Assembly (NCBI GenBank): GCA_963541565.1
Contig: CAUTUJ010000001.1
Location: 1 to 55,866 of the forward strand
DNA: 55,866 nucleotides
Direction: 5' to 3'
Source of the DNA: an uncultured Acholeplasmataceae bacterium
GTDB taxonomy: Bacteria; Bacillota_I; Bacilli_A; Acholeplasmatales; Acholeplasmataceae
Shown piece by piece: positions 18,935 to 28,699 of this stretch; within the stretch, counting starts at the first letter, position 1; each line of letters opens with the position of its first letter. The position numbers and the translations under genes were made by a program. The notes beneath the pieces were generated by a model. It ran no database searches, was not told the DNA's origin, and worked only from the letters and a program-made list of their open reading frames with translations.

Positions 18935-19745
18935 CTTTTGTCTCTATTTTAGAAACTCCTCTAAAAACTTCGCCGTCAACTTGTACAGTTTTAGTATTTT
19001 CAGTTTCTATTGTGATTTCTTTGCCTTTAAAAATTTTAACAAATCTTTTAAAGACTGTGTGCCAACCCAAATAAATAAACGGAAACAGTAAAATTAAAAG
19101 TAATCTTGAGCGAATTGCTACTAAAATTAAATAAAGAAAATCTTCTCTTTTGGCCATTGGGGCAATTTTCATGCCACCACCAAAATAAGGGCCATGCATT
19201 ACAGAAGCAAGGAAACAATTTTTATGTTCGCTTGCCACACCATCTACCAATACTTTTGCTGAAAATGGTTTATATCTAAAAAAAGTAGCAATGGTAACTT
19301 TGGCAAAAGTGCTTTTGATTTTATATGCTCGCATATTATCGAGACGTCTGCAAATTTCTCCGTCTATGCCAATCCCAACACCGTTTAAAAACAAGAAGAA
19401 TTCGTTTCCTATCTTGGCTTGCCCAAAATACTTTAAATTAGCCTTAAAATCAACTGCCTTGGTTTTGTCTTTAAAACCGCGAAGAAAGTCGTTGCCAGTT
19501 CCACCACGTGCAACTAATACAGTGGCTTTAACCTGAGTTAAATTAACTGAGTTTACAATTTTATTTAAGGTACCATCTCCGCCAAATATCAAAATCACGT
19601 CTCTTTTGGAAAAAGACCTAAAATACTTTTCAATATCAGAAAGCGCAAGTATTGAGTTTAAAGTTGCGTTATCTTGATTTTCTAAATAAAACTTATGGGC
19701 TTTTTTGTAGTTTTTAGAAAGTGGATTGTAAATAATTCTATACAT
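18903..19745 (-). CDS. Diacylglycerol/lipid kinase family protein (YegS/DagK-like)
   Basis: GGDGTLN and GGTGNDF motifs; 280 aa. Confidence 0.8.
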   Translation of the reverse strand: MYRIIYNPLSKNYKKAHKFYLENQDNATLNSILALSDIEKYFRSFSKRDVILIFGGDGTLNKIVNSVNLTQVKATVLVARGGTGNDFLRGFKDKTKAVDFKANLKYFGQAKIGNEFFLFLNGVGIGIDGEICRRLDNMRAYKIKSTFAKVTIATFFRYKPFSAKVLVDGVASEHKNCFLASVMHGPYFGGGMKIAPMAKREDFLYLILVAIRSRLLLILLFPFIYLGWHTVFKRFVKIFKGKEITIETENTKTVQVDGEVFRGVSKIETKVVKGYSYGQK

Positions 19746-19756
19746 TTAAGCGTTAA

Positions 19757-20992
19757 TTAAATTGCAAAAGCACTAAATTGTTTTTTGCCTCGTTTAATTA
19801 CAAAATATTTTTTAAAAGCAGGTTTTAAATCACTTAGTTTAAGTTCAAGGTTAGCGATTTTCTCTGAATTTACAGAAATAGAGCCGGCTTGCATAAACTC
19901 ACGAGCCTCACGTTTAGATTTCGCTAAGTTAAGTGAAACTAAAATATCTAAAATGCTTGCGTCTTTTTCAAACTTTTGTTTACCAAACGCTGAGTAAAGC
20001 ATTTTATATTCGTTTTCGTCAAGATTTGTAAGTGCTCCTTTAAATAAAGCGTCTGTGATTTTTTTGGCAGAAACAAGCGCATCTTTGCCGTGTACAAACT
20101 CACAAACAAACTCAGCCAGTTTAGTTTGTGCAAGTCTTTTTTCTGGTTCTTGTTTAACAGAAAGTGCGAGTTGTTCAATTTCTTTTACAGAAAGTAGGGT
20201 AAGTAGTTTTAAATAATCAACTATCATTTTATCTTCAACATTTAAAAAGTATTGATACAAGGTGTATGGTGAAGTTAGGTTTTCGTCTAACCAAAGTGCG
20301 CCACTTTCAGATTTACCAAACTTAGTACCATCTGCTTTTAAAAGTAGGGGAGAAGACAGACCAAGCGCGTCGTTTTCACCTTCCAGTTTGCGAATAAGTT
20401 CAAGGCCAGCAGTGATGTTTCCCCATTGCTCAGAACCTCCGAACTGTATTTTGCAGTCATAGTTTTTGTAAAGATAGTGAAAGTCAATAGACTGCAGAAG
20501 TAGATATGAAAATTCGGTGTAAGAAATTCCAGTTTCCAGGCGTCTTTTGATAACGTCTTTTTCAAGCATATAGTTAATTCCGAAGTTTTTGCCAAAATCT
20601 CTTAAAAACTCAATAATAGAGAGTTTAGATAGCCAAGTTGAGTTATTGACAAAAATTACCTTGTCTGACTTTAAAATTTTTTTAACTTGCTTTTCAATTG
20701 AGTCAACATTCTTTTTAACTTCATCATTTGAAAGAATGTGACGTTCACCGTTGGGTTTAGGGTCACCAATTGCTCCAGTTGTCCCGCCAATTAAGCAAAT
20801 CGGAATCAAGCCTCTTTCTTCAAGTAATTTGATTCTAATAATTTGGACTAAATGACCACAAGTTAAGGAACTTCCAGTTGGGTCAAACCCAATGTAGAAC
20901 CTAGTGCCTGGCACTAAGTTTTTTTCAGCAAGTTCTAAAGAAGAGCAGTCTTTGACCATCCCCCTCCATTTAAGTTCTTCAAGTAAATTCAT
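19757..20992 (-). CDS. tyrS: Tyrosine--tRNA ligase
   Basis: Class I pattern (GFDPTGSSLTCGHL, KFGKSE) with a C-terminal S4-like domain. Confidence 0.94.
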   Translation of the reverse strand: MNLLEELKWRGMVKDCSSLELAEKNLVPGTRFYIGFDPTGSSLTCGHLVQIIRIKLLEERGLIPICLIGGTTGAIGDPKPNGERHILSNDEVKKNVDSIEKQVKKILKSDKVIFVNNSTWLSKLSIIEFLRDFGKNFGINYMLEKDVIKRRLETGISYTEFSYLLLQSIDFHYLYKNYDCKIQFGGSEQWGNITAGLELIRKLEGENDALGLSSPLLLKADGTKFGKSESGALWLDENLTSPYTLYQYFLNVEDKMIVDYLKLLTLLSVKEIEQLALSVKQEPEKRLAQTKLAEFVCEFVHGKDALVSAKKITDALFKGALTNLDENEYKMLYSAFGKQKFEKDASILDILVSLNLAKSKREAREFMQAGSISVNSEKIANLELKLSDLKPAFKKYFVIKRGKKQFSAFAI

Positions 20993-20995
20993 AAA

Positions 20996-21991
20996 TTACC
21001 TACTACTTTCTCTTTCAATCAGTTCATATTCTACGAAAGTTTGTGTCTTATCTATTTTAACATTTTCAATTAACTGAGTTAAGTAAATTAAGGCCTGTTC
21101 TCCTAAACGGTAATTAGAATAAGAAATTGAAGTTAGTTGAGGGGTAAAAAGTTTGCAAAAGTTGGTGTTTTGCATACAAACTACACGATAGTCAACACCA
21201 CATTTTAAGTTTTTTTGTCTAAGTAAGTTAACGGCTTTAAGTGCAGCAATGTCTCTGGTTGCAACAATTGCTTCTATTTTGTTTTCTTCAAAAAACGACA
21301 AAAACTCGTGCTCTTCAATGTCTTCAGGATCCATTCTAAAAATATAGGGTTTTAAGTTGCTTGCGTGAATAGTTTCTAAATATCCGCTTTCTTTTTCTAA
21401 GTTAGAGAAGTAAGTTATTTTAGAAGTTAAAAATAAAATTCTTTTCATGTTTTTATCAATTAAGTGTTTAGTTGCAGTTGCAACCGCTTTTTTAAAGTCT
21501 AGTGCTGTAAAAGTTACGCCTGGCAACTTAACTGCTGTGTTAATAAAAGTAAACGGAAAATTAGCATTTAACAAAGGTTTAGTAAACGCTTCAATTTGTT
21601 CATTTGTGATGTGTTCATCTAAAAAAATAATTCCGTCTATTTTTTCAGCCAGTACGGATAAAATAAAGGCTTCGTAGTTGTTTTTAGACTTATATGAAAA
21701 AATGCGGATTGTGTATTTTTGGTTAGCAGCAGCAGCTAAAATTCCAGAAATTAATCTAGAAATTGAAGGTCTTGAAACTTCAGATAAGATTAGTGCGATG
21801 TTGCGCGAATTTTGCGATGCCAAAGAAGCTGCTACCCTATTTGGGAAATATTGCATTTCTTTAATAATCTTCCAGACTTTTTCGTGTGTTTTCGGACTAA
21901 CCTTGCTTGATTTGGCTAAAACTCTGGAAACTGTTGCAATAGATACATTGGCTTTTTTGGCAATGTCGTAGATTGTGTGTTTTTTAGACAT
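20996..21991 (-). CDS. LacI-family transcriptional regulator
   Basis: N-terminal HTH TIYDIAKKANVSIATVSRVL plus a periplasmic-binding-protein-like core; 331 aa. Confidence 0.88.
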   Translation of the reverse strand: MSKKHTIYDIAKKANVSIATVSRVLAKSSKVSPKTHEKVWKIIKEMQYFPNRVAASLASQNSRNIALILSEVSRPSISRLISGILAAAANQKYTIRIFSYKSKNNYEAFILSVLAEKIDGIIFLDEHITNEQIEAFTKPLLNANFPFTFINTAVKLPGVTFTALDFKKAVATATKHLIDKNMKRILFLTSKITYFSNLEKESGYLETIHASNLKPYIFRMDPEDIEEHEFLSFFEENKIEAIVATRDIAALKAVNLLRQKNLKCGVDYRVVCMQNTNFCKLFTPQLTSISYSNYRLGEQALIYLTQLIENVKIDKTQTFVEYELIERESSR

Positions 21992-22033
21992 AAGTTGTTC
22001 CTTTGTGTTGAAACTAGTGTTTTATATGAAAGT

Positions 22034-22065
22034 ATAACCCGATGAGTAAACATCGGGTTATTTTG
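22034..22065. terminator. Hairpin between the repeat lipoprotein gene and the LacI gene
   Basis: ATAACCCGATG / CATCGGGTTAT 11-bp stem with a 6-nt loop. The T-run lies on the plus strand only, so strength for the minus-strand transcript is uncertain. Confidence 0.5.
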
Positions 22066-22081
22066 TGAAAACAATTTTATA

Positions 22082-24064
22082 TTAGTAATAAACTTTAATT
22101 TCCTTAATATTAAAGCGGTGGTGAGAATTATCTTTAGGTTTTTCTGTGGCAGAAAGTTTTAGACGAAGAGCATCTGTTGATTCGCCAATTTCAAGCGAAT
22201 ATGTTTTTCCATCAAATTCATTAATATCAGTGATTTCTTTAGCAGTTTTCCACTCTCCATTGACTCTATATTGAATTTCTAATTTTTGGAATTTATTGAT
22301 ACCTGATTTGTTAGTCCATTTTTCCATAAAAAATTCAATTTTTGATTTAGAAGCTGTTCTTCCTAATTCCATTTCAATATAACTGAAGGTTTCATTATCA
22401 TCTTTTGCCACTGTAAACCCAGTTTTTCCAGAAGAAGCACTAACACCTTTAAATTTAAGTATATCATCAGCACCGGTTATTTGGTTTTTAACTTTTTGAG
22501 GTCGCGCCTTATAACCACTACCTGCTGGTGACTTAGTAAAATCGTAGTGTTTAGTCAATTTCATGCTGTTTGGATCTTCTGGTTTTGTACCTTGAGTAAT
22601 TAGTGGCACTAATTCTTCAACAAGTTTTTTAAGAGCCTCAAGTTGTTCAGCCTGTTGTTTAGTGTAACCTTCTTCCCATTTTTCTAATTTTACTTTTGCA
22701 ACTGGGTTATAGGCATCATTAAACTCAGTTCTTTTGGCTTGGTCTGCTTTGATGTATTTGCCGGAAACTTGATCAGGTTCTTTGTTTTCGAAAGGTAGAT
22801 CTTTAATCTCTTTTGCTTTATCTAAAACTCTTTCAGCCTCATCTTTTAATGAGATTTGCTCACCAGTTTTAACTAAATTTTGGTATTTTTGGACAAGCGC
22901 TTTAAAATTGTTAAACTCTGCTTGCAGTTCCTTGCTTGCCATATGAAATTTGTGTTCGTTTAGTTTTTCTTGAATATCTTCAATTTGAGCCTTTAGTTCA
23001 TTTAATTGTTTTTGAGATGCATGAACATATTGTTTGTCTTTTTTAACTTCGCTAGGAATACGACTAATCCATTCAAGTTGAGTAAGTTGGATGGCGTTTT
23101 GAACAGTAGTGTTAACATCTGCTGTAATGTTTTTACCATCTTCTAGTTTTTTAGTTCCTTCTGTTACAAGTTTTTTAACTTCATCTAGTTTATTTTTTAA
23201 CTCTTCGTATTTTGCTTTTTCTTCATTTGTAGGCACGCGATCAAAAGTGTATTTAGAAACTGTTTGGTAAAGTGTGTCTAATTCTTGTTTTTTTGAATCT
23301 GCTGCTTTGATGTATTTGGTTCCTTCATCAAACTCACTTGCGTCTTTGTCAGACCAAGTCATAGCAAGATAACTTTTTGCTGATGCTAAAACTTTTTGGG
23401 CTTGGCTATTGCTAATGTATCCGTCTTGGCGAGTACCTTTTGTGATTTTTCCTAAAAGTTGAGTGACTTGCTCTTTAAGAATTTTATATTCTTTAAGTTC
23501 ATTTTTAGATAGATTTTGAGAGTCAGCAGATTTTAGCCTGTTTAAGCGTTCAACAAATTTATCTTTTTTAGTAGATGCACGAACATACTCTTTGTCCTTT
23601 TCAACCATTTCAGGTGCTTTGTTGATAAAATCTAGTGCTGCTAATTTTTCGCCGTCAGCAATAGTTTTGTCAAACTCTGCTTTATCTACTTTATTTCCTT
23701 CAGGGTCTGGAGTAGGTTGAGTTCCGTCTTTTTTGAGAACTGTGATTGTAAAAGTTTTTTTCGCGTCTTCAATTTGCGCAGTTAAGTTTACAACTTCGTC
23801 TTTATCTTGACGGGCAACCAAAACTTTTCCGTCTTCATCAATTTGCACAACCTTGTCATTTGAAGATTGCCATTTGATTTTAAATTTATCAATCTTGGTT
23901 GGAACTGTAAAATCTGACTTTACAGTGTCCTTAGTTTCACCTTGTGCAAATTGCAATTCCACACCTTTAATACTTTTATGTGGATCTGCTTTCTTACATG
24001 CAAAAGCAAAGCCAAAGATTAGCGCTGCTAAGATGAAAAAGAAACTGGTTTTAAGTGCTTTCAT
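22082..24064 (-). CDS. Large surface lipoprotein: Ig-like N-domain, four ~95-aa helical repeats, C-terminal discoidin/CBM-like domain
   Basis: ATG 24064 follows a GGGGGA SD. Signal peptide and lipobox are MKALKTSFFFILAALIFGFAFAC. The repeats each end in TxGT(K/R). The C-terminus reads ...RFNIKEIKVYY. Confidence 0.75.
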   Translation of the reverse strand: MKALKTSFFFILAALIFGFAFACKKADPHKSIKGVELQFAQGETKDTVKSDFTVPTKIDKFKIKWQSSNDKVVQIDEDGKVLVARQDKDEVVNLTAQIEDAKKTFTITVLKKDGTQPTPDPEGNKVDKAEFDKTIADGEKLAALDFINKAPEMVEKDKEYVRASTKKDKFVERLNRLKSADSQNLSKNELKEYKILKEQVTQLLGKITKGTRQDGYISNSQAQKVLASAKSYLAMTWSDKDASEFDEGTKYIKAADSKKQELDTLYQTVSKYTFDRVPTNEEKAKYEELKNKLDEVKKLVTEGTKKLEDGKNITADVNTTVQNAIQLTQLEWISRIPSEVKKDKQYVHASQKQLNELKAQIEDIQEKLNEHKFHMASKELQAEFNNFKALVQKYQNLVKTGEQISLKDEAERVLDKAKEIKDLPFENKEPDQVSGKYIKADQAKRTEFNDAYNPVAKVKLEKWEEGYTKQQAEQLEALKKLVEELVPLITQGTKPEDPNSMKLTKHYDFTKSPAGSGYKARPQKVKNQITGADDILKFKGVSASSGKTGFTVAKDDNETFSYIEMELGRTASKSKIEFFMEKWTNKSGINKFQKLEIQYRVNGEWKTAKEITDINEFDGKTYSLEIGESTDALRLKLSATEKPKDNSHHRFNIKEIKVYY

Positions 24065-24107
24065 AAATACTTCCCCCAAAGACTAAATGTCTTTCAAATA
24101 CACAAAA

Positions 24108-24146
24108 ATTATACAACAAAATTTCAAAAATGTAAACGCTTACATT
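24108..24146 (-). promoter_or_regulatory. Promoter of the repeat lipoprotein gene with an overlapping cre/LacI-type operator
   Basis: On the minus strand, -10 TATAAT (24113..24108), a 17-nt spacer, then -35 TTTACA (24136..24131). The palindrome AATGTAAACGCTTACATT (24129..24146) contains TGTAAACGCTTACA, a full match to TGWAANCGNTNWCA. Confidence 0.65.
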
Positions 24147-24155
24147 AAGGAAATT

Positions 24156-24184
24156 AAAAATGGGACCAGACTTGGCCCCATTTT
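24156..24184 (-). terminator. Terminator after the 233-aa lipoprotein gene
   Basis: AATGGGGCCA / TGGTCCCATT stem (1 mismatch) followed by a T-run on the minus strand. Confidence 0.65.
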
Positions 24185-24195
24185 GCTTGTGTTTG

Positions 24196-24897
24196 TTAAG
24201 AAATTACAAAACTTGTGGTAGGTGTGAATCTTAACTGACCTTTAACTCTTACTAAAAATAAGCCTTCAAAGGTTTTGTTGATATCTTTTTTACCTTCAAG
24301 TTTTTTAAGTTCGTTATAAATTGGTTTCTTTTTTGATTTTGCTTCAGATCTTCCATCGTATTTAATTTCATACATAGTATCAGCGATTGAAACTCTAATA
24401 GTTATATATGTGTATTCTTTGCCTTTATTTGTTCTTGTTTCTTCTTTATATTCTTTGATTTGAGCATCAAACTTAACGATTTTGTTTTCGTGTGTGTTAA
24501 CCTCGCTAGCGGGGCGGTTAGAAATATCTACCACACGAAAAGTGTCATCCAATTTAGTGAATACAGGCTTAGGATCTTTTGCAATTTCCTTGCTATATTG
24601 ACTTTCGTTTACTACCGCTTTCATGCTTACTTTTTCGCCAGTTTTAATACCTTTTGCAAAAACGAAAGTTAAGTTTAAAGCGTTGCCTTCTCCGTCAATT
24701 AGTTTGTTGTAACCCCCAACGTTAACATAATATCCTTCAACGTGGATTTTTGTACCTTTTGCTTTAGACGCTGCTTCCTTGATGCTCATTTTTTGAAATC
24801 CATCTTCTTCTGGTTGTGGTGTGTTTTTGCACGCAAACATAAATCCGGCTGATAACACTAATACAAGTGCTAGTGTGATTTTTTTAAAAATTCCCAT
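24196..24897 (-). CDS. Lipoprotein, function unknown
   Basis: Signal peptide and lipobox MGIFKKITLALVLVLSAGFMFAC; 233 aa and beta-rich. A TTGAAT-17-TATACT promoter lies upstream. Confidence 0.7.
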   Translation of the reverse strand: MGIFKKITLALVLVLSAGFMFACKNTPQPEEDGFQKMSIKEAASKAKGTKIHVEGYYVNVGGYNKLIDGEGNALNLTFVFAKGIKTGEKVSMKAVVNESQYSKEIAKDPKPVFTKLDDTFRVVDISNRPASEVNTHENKIVKFDAQIKEYKEETRTNKGKEYTYITIRVSIADTMYEIKYDGRSEAKSKKKPIYNELKKLEGKKDINKTFEGLFLVRVKGQLRFTPTTSFVIS

Positions 24898-24955
24898 TTT
24901 TTCTCCTTTTTTTAAAAAACTTCACTTACTAGTATAGACTATAAATTTCAAAAAT

Positions 24956-25573
24956 TCAATCAATATCAGTCAAAAATGTAAGCGTTTTAACTTCAAGTAC
25001 TTCAATATAGCTACAATCTTTAAGTGTGTTTAAACTTTCAGACGAATCTAGTTTAATTTCTGCGTAAATTTGGTCTTTATATAAATACTTACTGTCAATT
25101 TGTTTTAAAGCAGAAACAAGGTTAATTACTCTTTCTTTTGCGCTGTAGTTAAATCTAAAACTTGCAAGTATATAGTTCTCTTCTTTTACTCTCTTAATTT
25201 TTTTAATGGCTTCAACTGAAAGACTTCTGTAGGTTCTGGTTAAAGCAGCTAATCCTAACTTAATTCCACCGTAGAAACGAATAATAACAACAGCAAAATC
25301 AGTGATATCTAGATTTTTAATAGTTGTATAAATTTGAAAACCAGCGCTACCTCCTGGTTCTTTGTCATCGCTAAACTTAAAGTTTTGTTTAATTTTATAT
25401 GCATATACATAGTGAGTAGCATTAGGATACTGCTTTTTAATTTCTGCTAACTTATGTTCAAAGTCAGCAGTAGAATCTGTCTTTATTACTAAAGTGTGAA
25501 AGACTGATTTTTTAATTTCTGTTGCAAACTCTATATTGTTTTTTAATAAATACACTAATCTCTCCGTATACAC
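24956..25573 (-). CDS. yigZ: YigZ/IMPACT-family protein (UPF0029)
   Basis: HYVYAYKI...DDKEPGGSAGFQI...VVIIRFYGGIKLG pattern. Confidence 0.8.
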   Translation of the reverse strand: MYTERLVYLLKNNIEFATEIKKSVFHTLVIKTDSTADFEHKLAEIKKQYPNATHYVYAYKIKQNFKFSDDKEPGGSAGFQIYTTIKNLDITDFAVVIIRFYGGIKLGLAALTRTYRSLSVEAIKKIKRVKEENYILASFRFNYSAKERVINLVSALKQIDSKYLYKDQIYAEIKLDSSESLNTLKDCSYIEVLEVKTLTFLTDID

Positions 25574-25604
25574 TGTGCTAAAATTACCTAAAGAGGTTTT
25601 TTAA

Positions 25605-26003
25605 ATGAAAGAAAAACAAATTTCTCTAACTGCTCTTTATTTATATCTTACAACAGTGCTTGCTGCTATCGCAAGTGCGGTGCTACTAAGTGCATTTAAC
25701 TTAATTAAGGCAAATGCTGCTGACTTAAAACCAGAAATTCAGTCATCTGCTCAACTTTCTTTGATTTTAACCACAGCGACAATTATGTTAATTGTTGCAG
25801 TTGTTTCGGCTTTTGCTTATTTGATTTTTTATGTACTTATTTATATAAAAAACAACCAAATAACTAAAAAGTTTGACTATGCTTGCTTCTTAATTGGTTT
25901 TTTTATTCCAATTTTTGCGCTTGTATTTGTTGTCAAAGTTGGTCTTTTGCAAAACAAATGTCTTTGCAAAAAAAGATGTAATGCAGAAAGCACTCAAAAT
26001 TAA
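25605..26003 (+). CDS. Small integral membrane protein, unknown function
   Basis: 132 aa with 3-4 hydrophobic segments and a Cys/Lys-rich tail. An AAAGAGG SD lies upstream. Confidence 0.55.
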   Translation: MKEKQISLTALYLYLTTVLAAIASAVLLSAFNLIKANAADLKPEIQSSAQLSLILTTATIMLIVAVVSAFAYLIFYVLIYIKNNQITKKFDYACFLIGFFIPIFALVFVVKVGLLQNKCLCKKRCNAESTQN

Positions 26004-27156
26004 CGTAAAAAATCAAATTGCCTTAAAAAACCCCATAATTATGGGGGCTTTTTATATTTTAAGAAAACTGGAAGACGCGGGATATTCTGCATACATAGTT
26101 GGCGGATTTGTCCGAGACTTAGTTTCCGGGTTTAAAAACTTAAGTACAGATATTGACATCACCACAAGCGCTGAACCACAAGAAATTAAAAAAGTATTTA
26201 AACACACTTTTGACAAAGGTATTAAATACGGCACGGTTGGTGTGTTGATTGACAAAGTTGCCTACGACGTGACAACTTTCAGAAGTGAAAAAGACTACCA
26301 TGACAGCAGACATCCTGAAAGCGTTTCTTTTACCAAAGAAATTAAAAAAGATTTGGTCAGAAGAGACTTTACGATAAATGCGTTAATCTTAGATAAAAAC
26401 TACACGGTTTTGGATTATGTCGGCGGACTTTTGGATATCAAAAACAAGCAAATTCAAACAATCGGTTCACCCGACTGCCGTTTCAAAGAAGACGCACTTA
26501 GACTAATTCGGCTTATTTACTTTCAAACAAAGCTGGGTTTTTCAATTGAATCTAACACGAAAGCAAGTTTAAATAACTTAAGTAATTTAGTTAAGGAAAT
26601 CCACCCTGAACGCATAACAAGCGAGTTTACCAAGGTTTTTTTAAATGGATATTTTCGTGAGTTTATCAATAATTTACATGAAACTAAGATGTTTGATATA
26701 ATTATTAGGCGTAAGTTTACAAACAGTCTACTAAATGGTTTTACTGCCTGTTTAAATGTAGATGAAATGTTGACTTTCTTGTTTTTCTTTGAAAAACAAG
26801 AAAACCCATATTTTATCTATACAAATAAAGTTAAAAACCAAATTAAATTTATCAAAAAGATTGTTGAAAACAAGTTTTTTGAAAAAGATATGCGTGTAAA
26901 CTTAATTCGCTTTCAAACAGAGACTATAAACCTTGCTTTAAAAATTGCCAAATATTTTTACAATCAAGACTACTGCCTAAACGAAGTTATTTCAGATGTT
27001 TCAAGATATTTTGAGGCTGAGAAATATGTTAAAAGTAAAAATATCAACTACGAGAAACTATTTAAAAATAAAGCAAAGGCTGAATATGGTGAACTTATTT
27101 TGATGCTAATCAAAAAAGTGGCCGATGAAGGATACCTACTGAATGAAATTAATTAA
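25981..27156 (+). CDS. cca: CCA-adding tRNA nucleotidyltransferase
   Basis: GGFVRD and RDFTINAL motifs are present. The start is uncertain (ATG 25981 or ATG 26041). The track start at 25894 lies inside the previous gene. Confidence 0.85.
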   Translation: MQKALKINVKNQIALKNPIIMGAFYILRKLEDAGYSAYIVGGFVRDLVSGFKNLSTDIDITTSAEPQEIKKVFKHTFDKGIKYGTVGVLIDKVAYDVTTFRSEKDYHDSRHPESVSFTKEIKKDLVRRDFTINALILDKNYTVLDYVGGLLDIKNKQIQTIGSPDCRFKEDALRLIRLIYFQTKLGFSIESNTKASLNNLSNLVKEIHPERITSEFTKVFLNGYFREFINNLHETKMFDIIIRRKFTNSLLNGFTACLNVDEMLTFLFFFEKQENPYFIYTNKVKNQIKFIKKIVENKFFEKDMRVNLIRFQTETINLALKIAKYFYNQDYCLNEVISDVSRYFEAEKYVKSKNINYEKLFKNKAKAEYGELILMLIKKVADEGYLLNEIN

Positions 27157-27173
27157 AAAAACAAATCTAAGAC

Positions 27174-28679
27174 TTAAAAATTTTGGTTTTTTTGCTTTCT
27201 TAAAAAGACACACAATAAAGTTGCTTTTCTATATTTTAGTTGTAGCAAATAATAATTATAACTATTAAAATAATCGCTGTCTTTTAACAACTGAAATAAA
27301 CCTGGAAACTCAATGAAAGGATTTGAGTTACCTTGATATTTTAAAATTATTTTATTTCGTCTTTTTTCAAATTCAGAAATGGGGGTTTCAACTCCCCATT
27401 TTTTTATTTCAGAAAGCGAACCCATGACGGTAGAAACTCGGCTGTTGTTTAGGTTTTCAAAATCAATTAGTTTTAGTTCAGGGTAAATCAACGCCATGTA
27501 GAAAAGAATTCGCGCAACTTCTCCACTTGAAACTTTAGACGGCCAAAATTGTTGGTTTTTTAAGTTGTATCTAAAAGTATTTATTAAATTTGGGTGTTCG
27601 CCAAAAAAATAGTTTGACCTAAACTGATTGACTTTAGCGGTGGATAGTCTAAGGTTGTGTAAATCTGTTCTAATGTCGCGATCGCTTTGCTGAACTCTTT
27701 TTAAGCCAAGGCGAGAGTTTGGCCAGACGTGTTCTTTATTGAGTTCCTTGCCGTTCCATACCGCAGGGTATAGCTTGTTGTCATAAATTGCAGTAATTTG
27801 TGTAAGGTCGTCAATTGACTTGTCTGAGTTAATTAACACACCTTGACATTGACTGTAAGCAAGATAAGTGTGCGGCTCGAAATTTTCTTTTAATGAAGCG
27901 ATTAAAGAGGCAACCTCTGCTTTACTTTTAGGATTTATTTTTTCAAGCTCAATAGCATTATTAACGTTATTTTCTTCACACACATACGGCAAATACTGGT
28001 AAGTTGCGTACTTTTGTTGGTTGATAGAAATGTATTTAGTTTTTATAAATATGAGTTCTCCTACCATGTAATTGCCTTTTTCTGGATAGAACTTTATGCT
28101 TTCAAAGTTCTGGAAATTAGCCGAAACTTTACCCGGATACTCTTGTTTTGAAAACGCGTGAATGAGCTTTTCAACTTCTTTTTTATAGTCAGATTCAGTT
28201 GTTTTGCTTTGTTTAAACTGAGTAAAAGTGTTTAAGAAACTAGAGTCAAAATTATAATATTGCAGTTTTTCGATTGCTGTAATTATTTTTGTTTTTTCGC
28301 TTAATAAAGCGTTTTTATAGCCTTTGATTTCTAACATAAAATCTTTTTTATAGTCAGTGATTTTAGCGGTTAGCTTAACTTTGGTGTCTAAAAATGGTTG
28401 AGCAACATTTCCTGTTTTTAAATCAATTAACTGACTATTTGAATACCACTTTACAGTTTTGCCAAGATAGAGTTTCGGCAAATAAACTTTAGTTAAAATT
28501 TCATTTTCAAAACTTTGTTCAATTGCAAGTCCTGAGGTTGGATTACTTTTGTTTTCTGCGCTTTTTAGCAATAAAAAAACAACAACCAAAGAGATTGTTA
28601 TAAACAAAAGTGTAGCTTCGGCTACATTGAAAAATTGACTTCTTCTCCTTTTGTCAACAATTTCAATGGTGTTGTTCAT
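27174..28679 (-). CDS. Membrane-anchored extracellular nuclease (Endonuclease I/Bsn-like C-terminal domain)
   Basis: N-terminal TM segment, a small Ig-like module, and C-terminal EHVWPNSRLG ... DLHNLRLSTAKVNQFRSNYFFG, which is an Endonuclease_1-type motif. Confidence 0.75.
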   Translation of the reverse strand: MNNTIEIVDKRRRSQFFNVAEATLLFITISLVVVFLLLKSAENKSNPTSGLAIEQSFENEILTKVYLPKLYLGKTVKWYSNSQLIDLKTGNVAQPFLDTKVKLTAKITDYKKDFMLEIKGYKNALLSEKTKIITAIEKLQYYNFDSSFLNTFTQFKQSKTTESDYKKEVEKLIHAFSKQEYPGKVSANFQNFESIKFYPEKGNYMVGELIFIKTKYISINQQKYATYQYLPYVCEENNVNNAIELEKINPKSKAEVASLIASLKENFEPHTYLAYSQCQGVLINSDKSIDDLTQITAIYDNKLYPAVWNGKELNKEHVWPNSRLGLKRVQQSDRDIRTDLHNLRLSTAKVNQFRSNYFFGEHPNLINTFRYNLKNQQFWPSKVSSGEVARILFYMALIYPELKLIDFENLNNSRVSTVMGSLSEIKKWGVETPISEFEKRRNKIILKYQGNSNPFIEFPGLFQLLKDSDYFNSYNYYLLQLKYRKATLLCVFLRKQKNQNF

Positions 28680-28699
28680 TTAAAAATTATTTTAATTTA

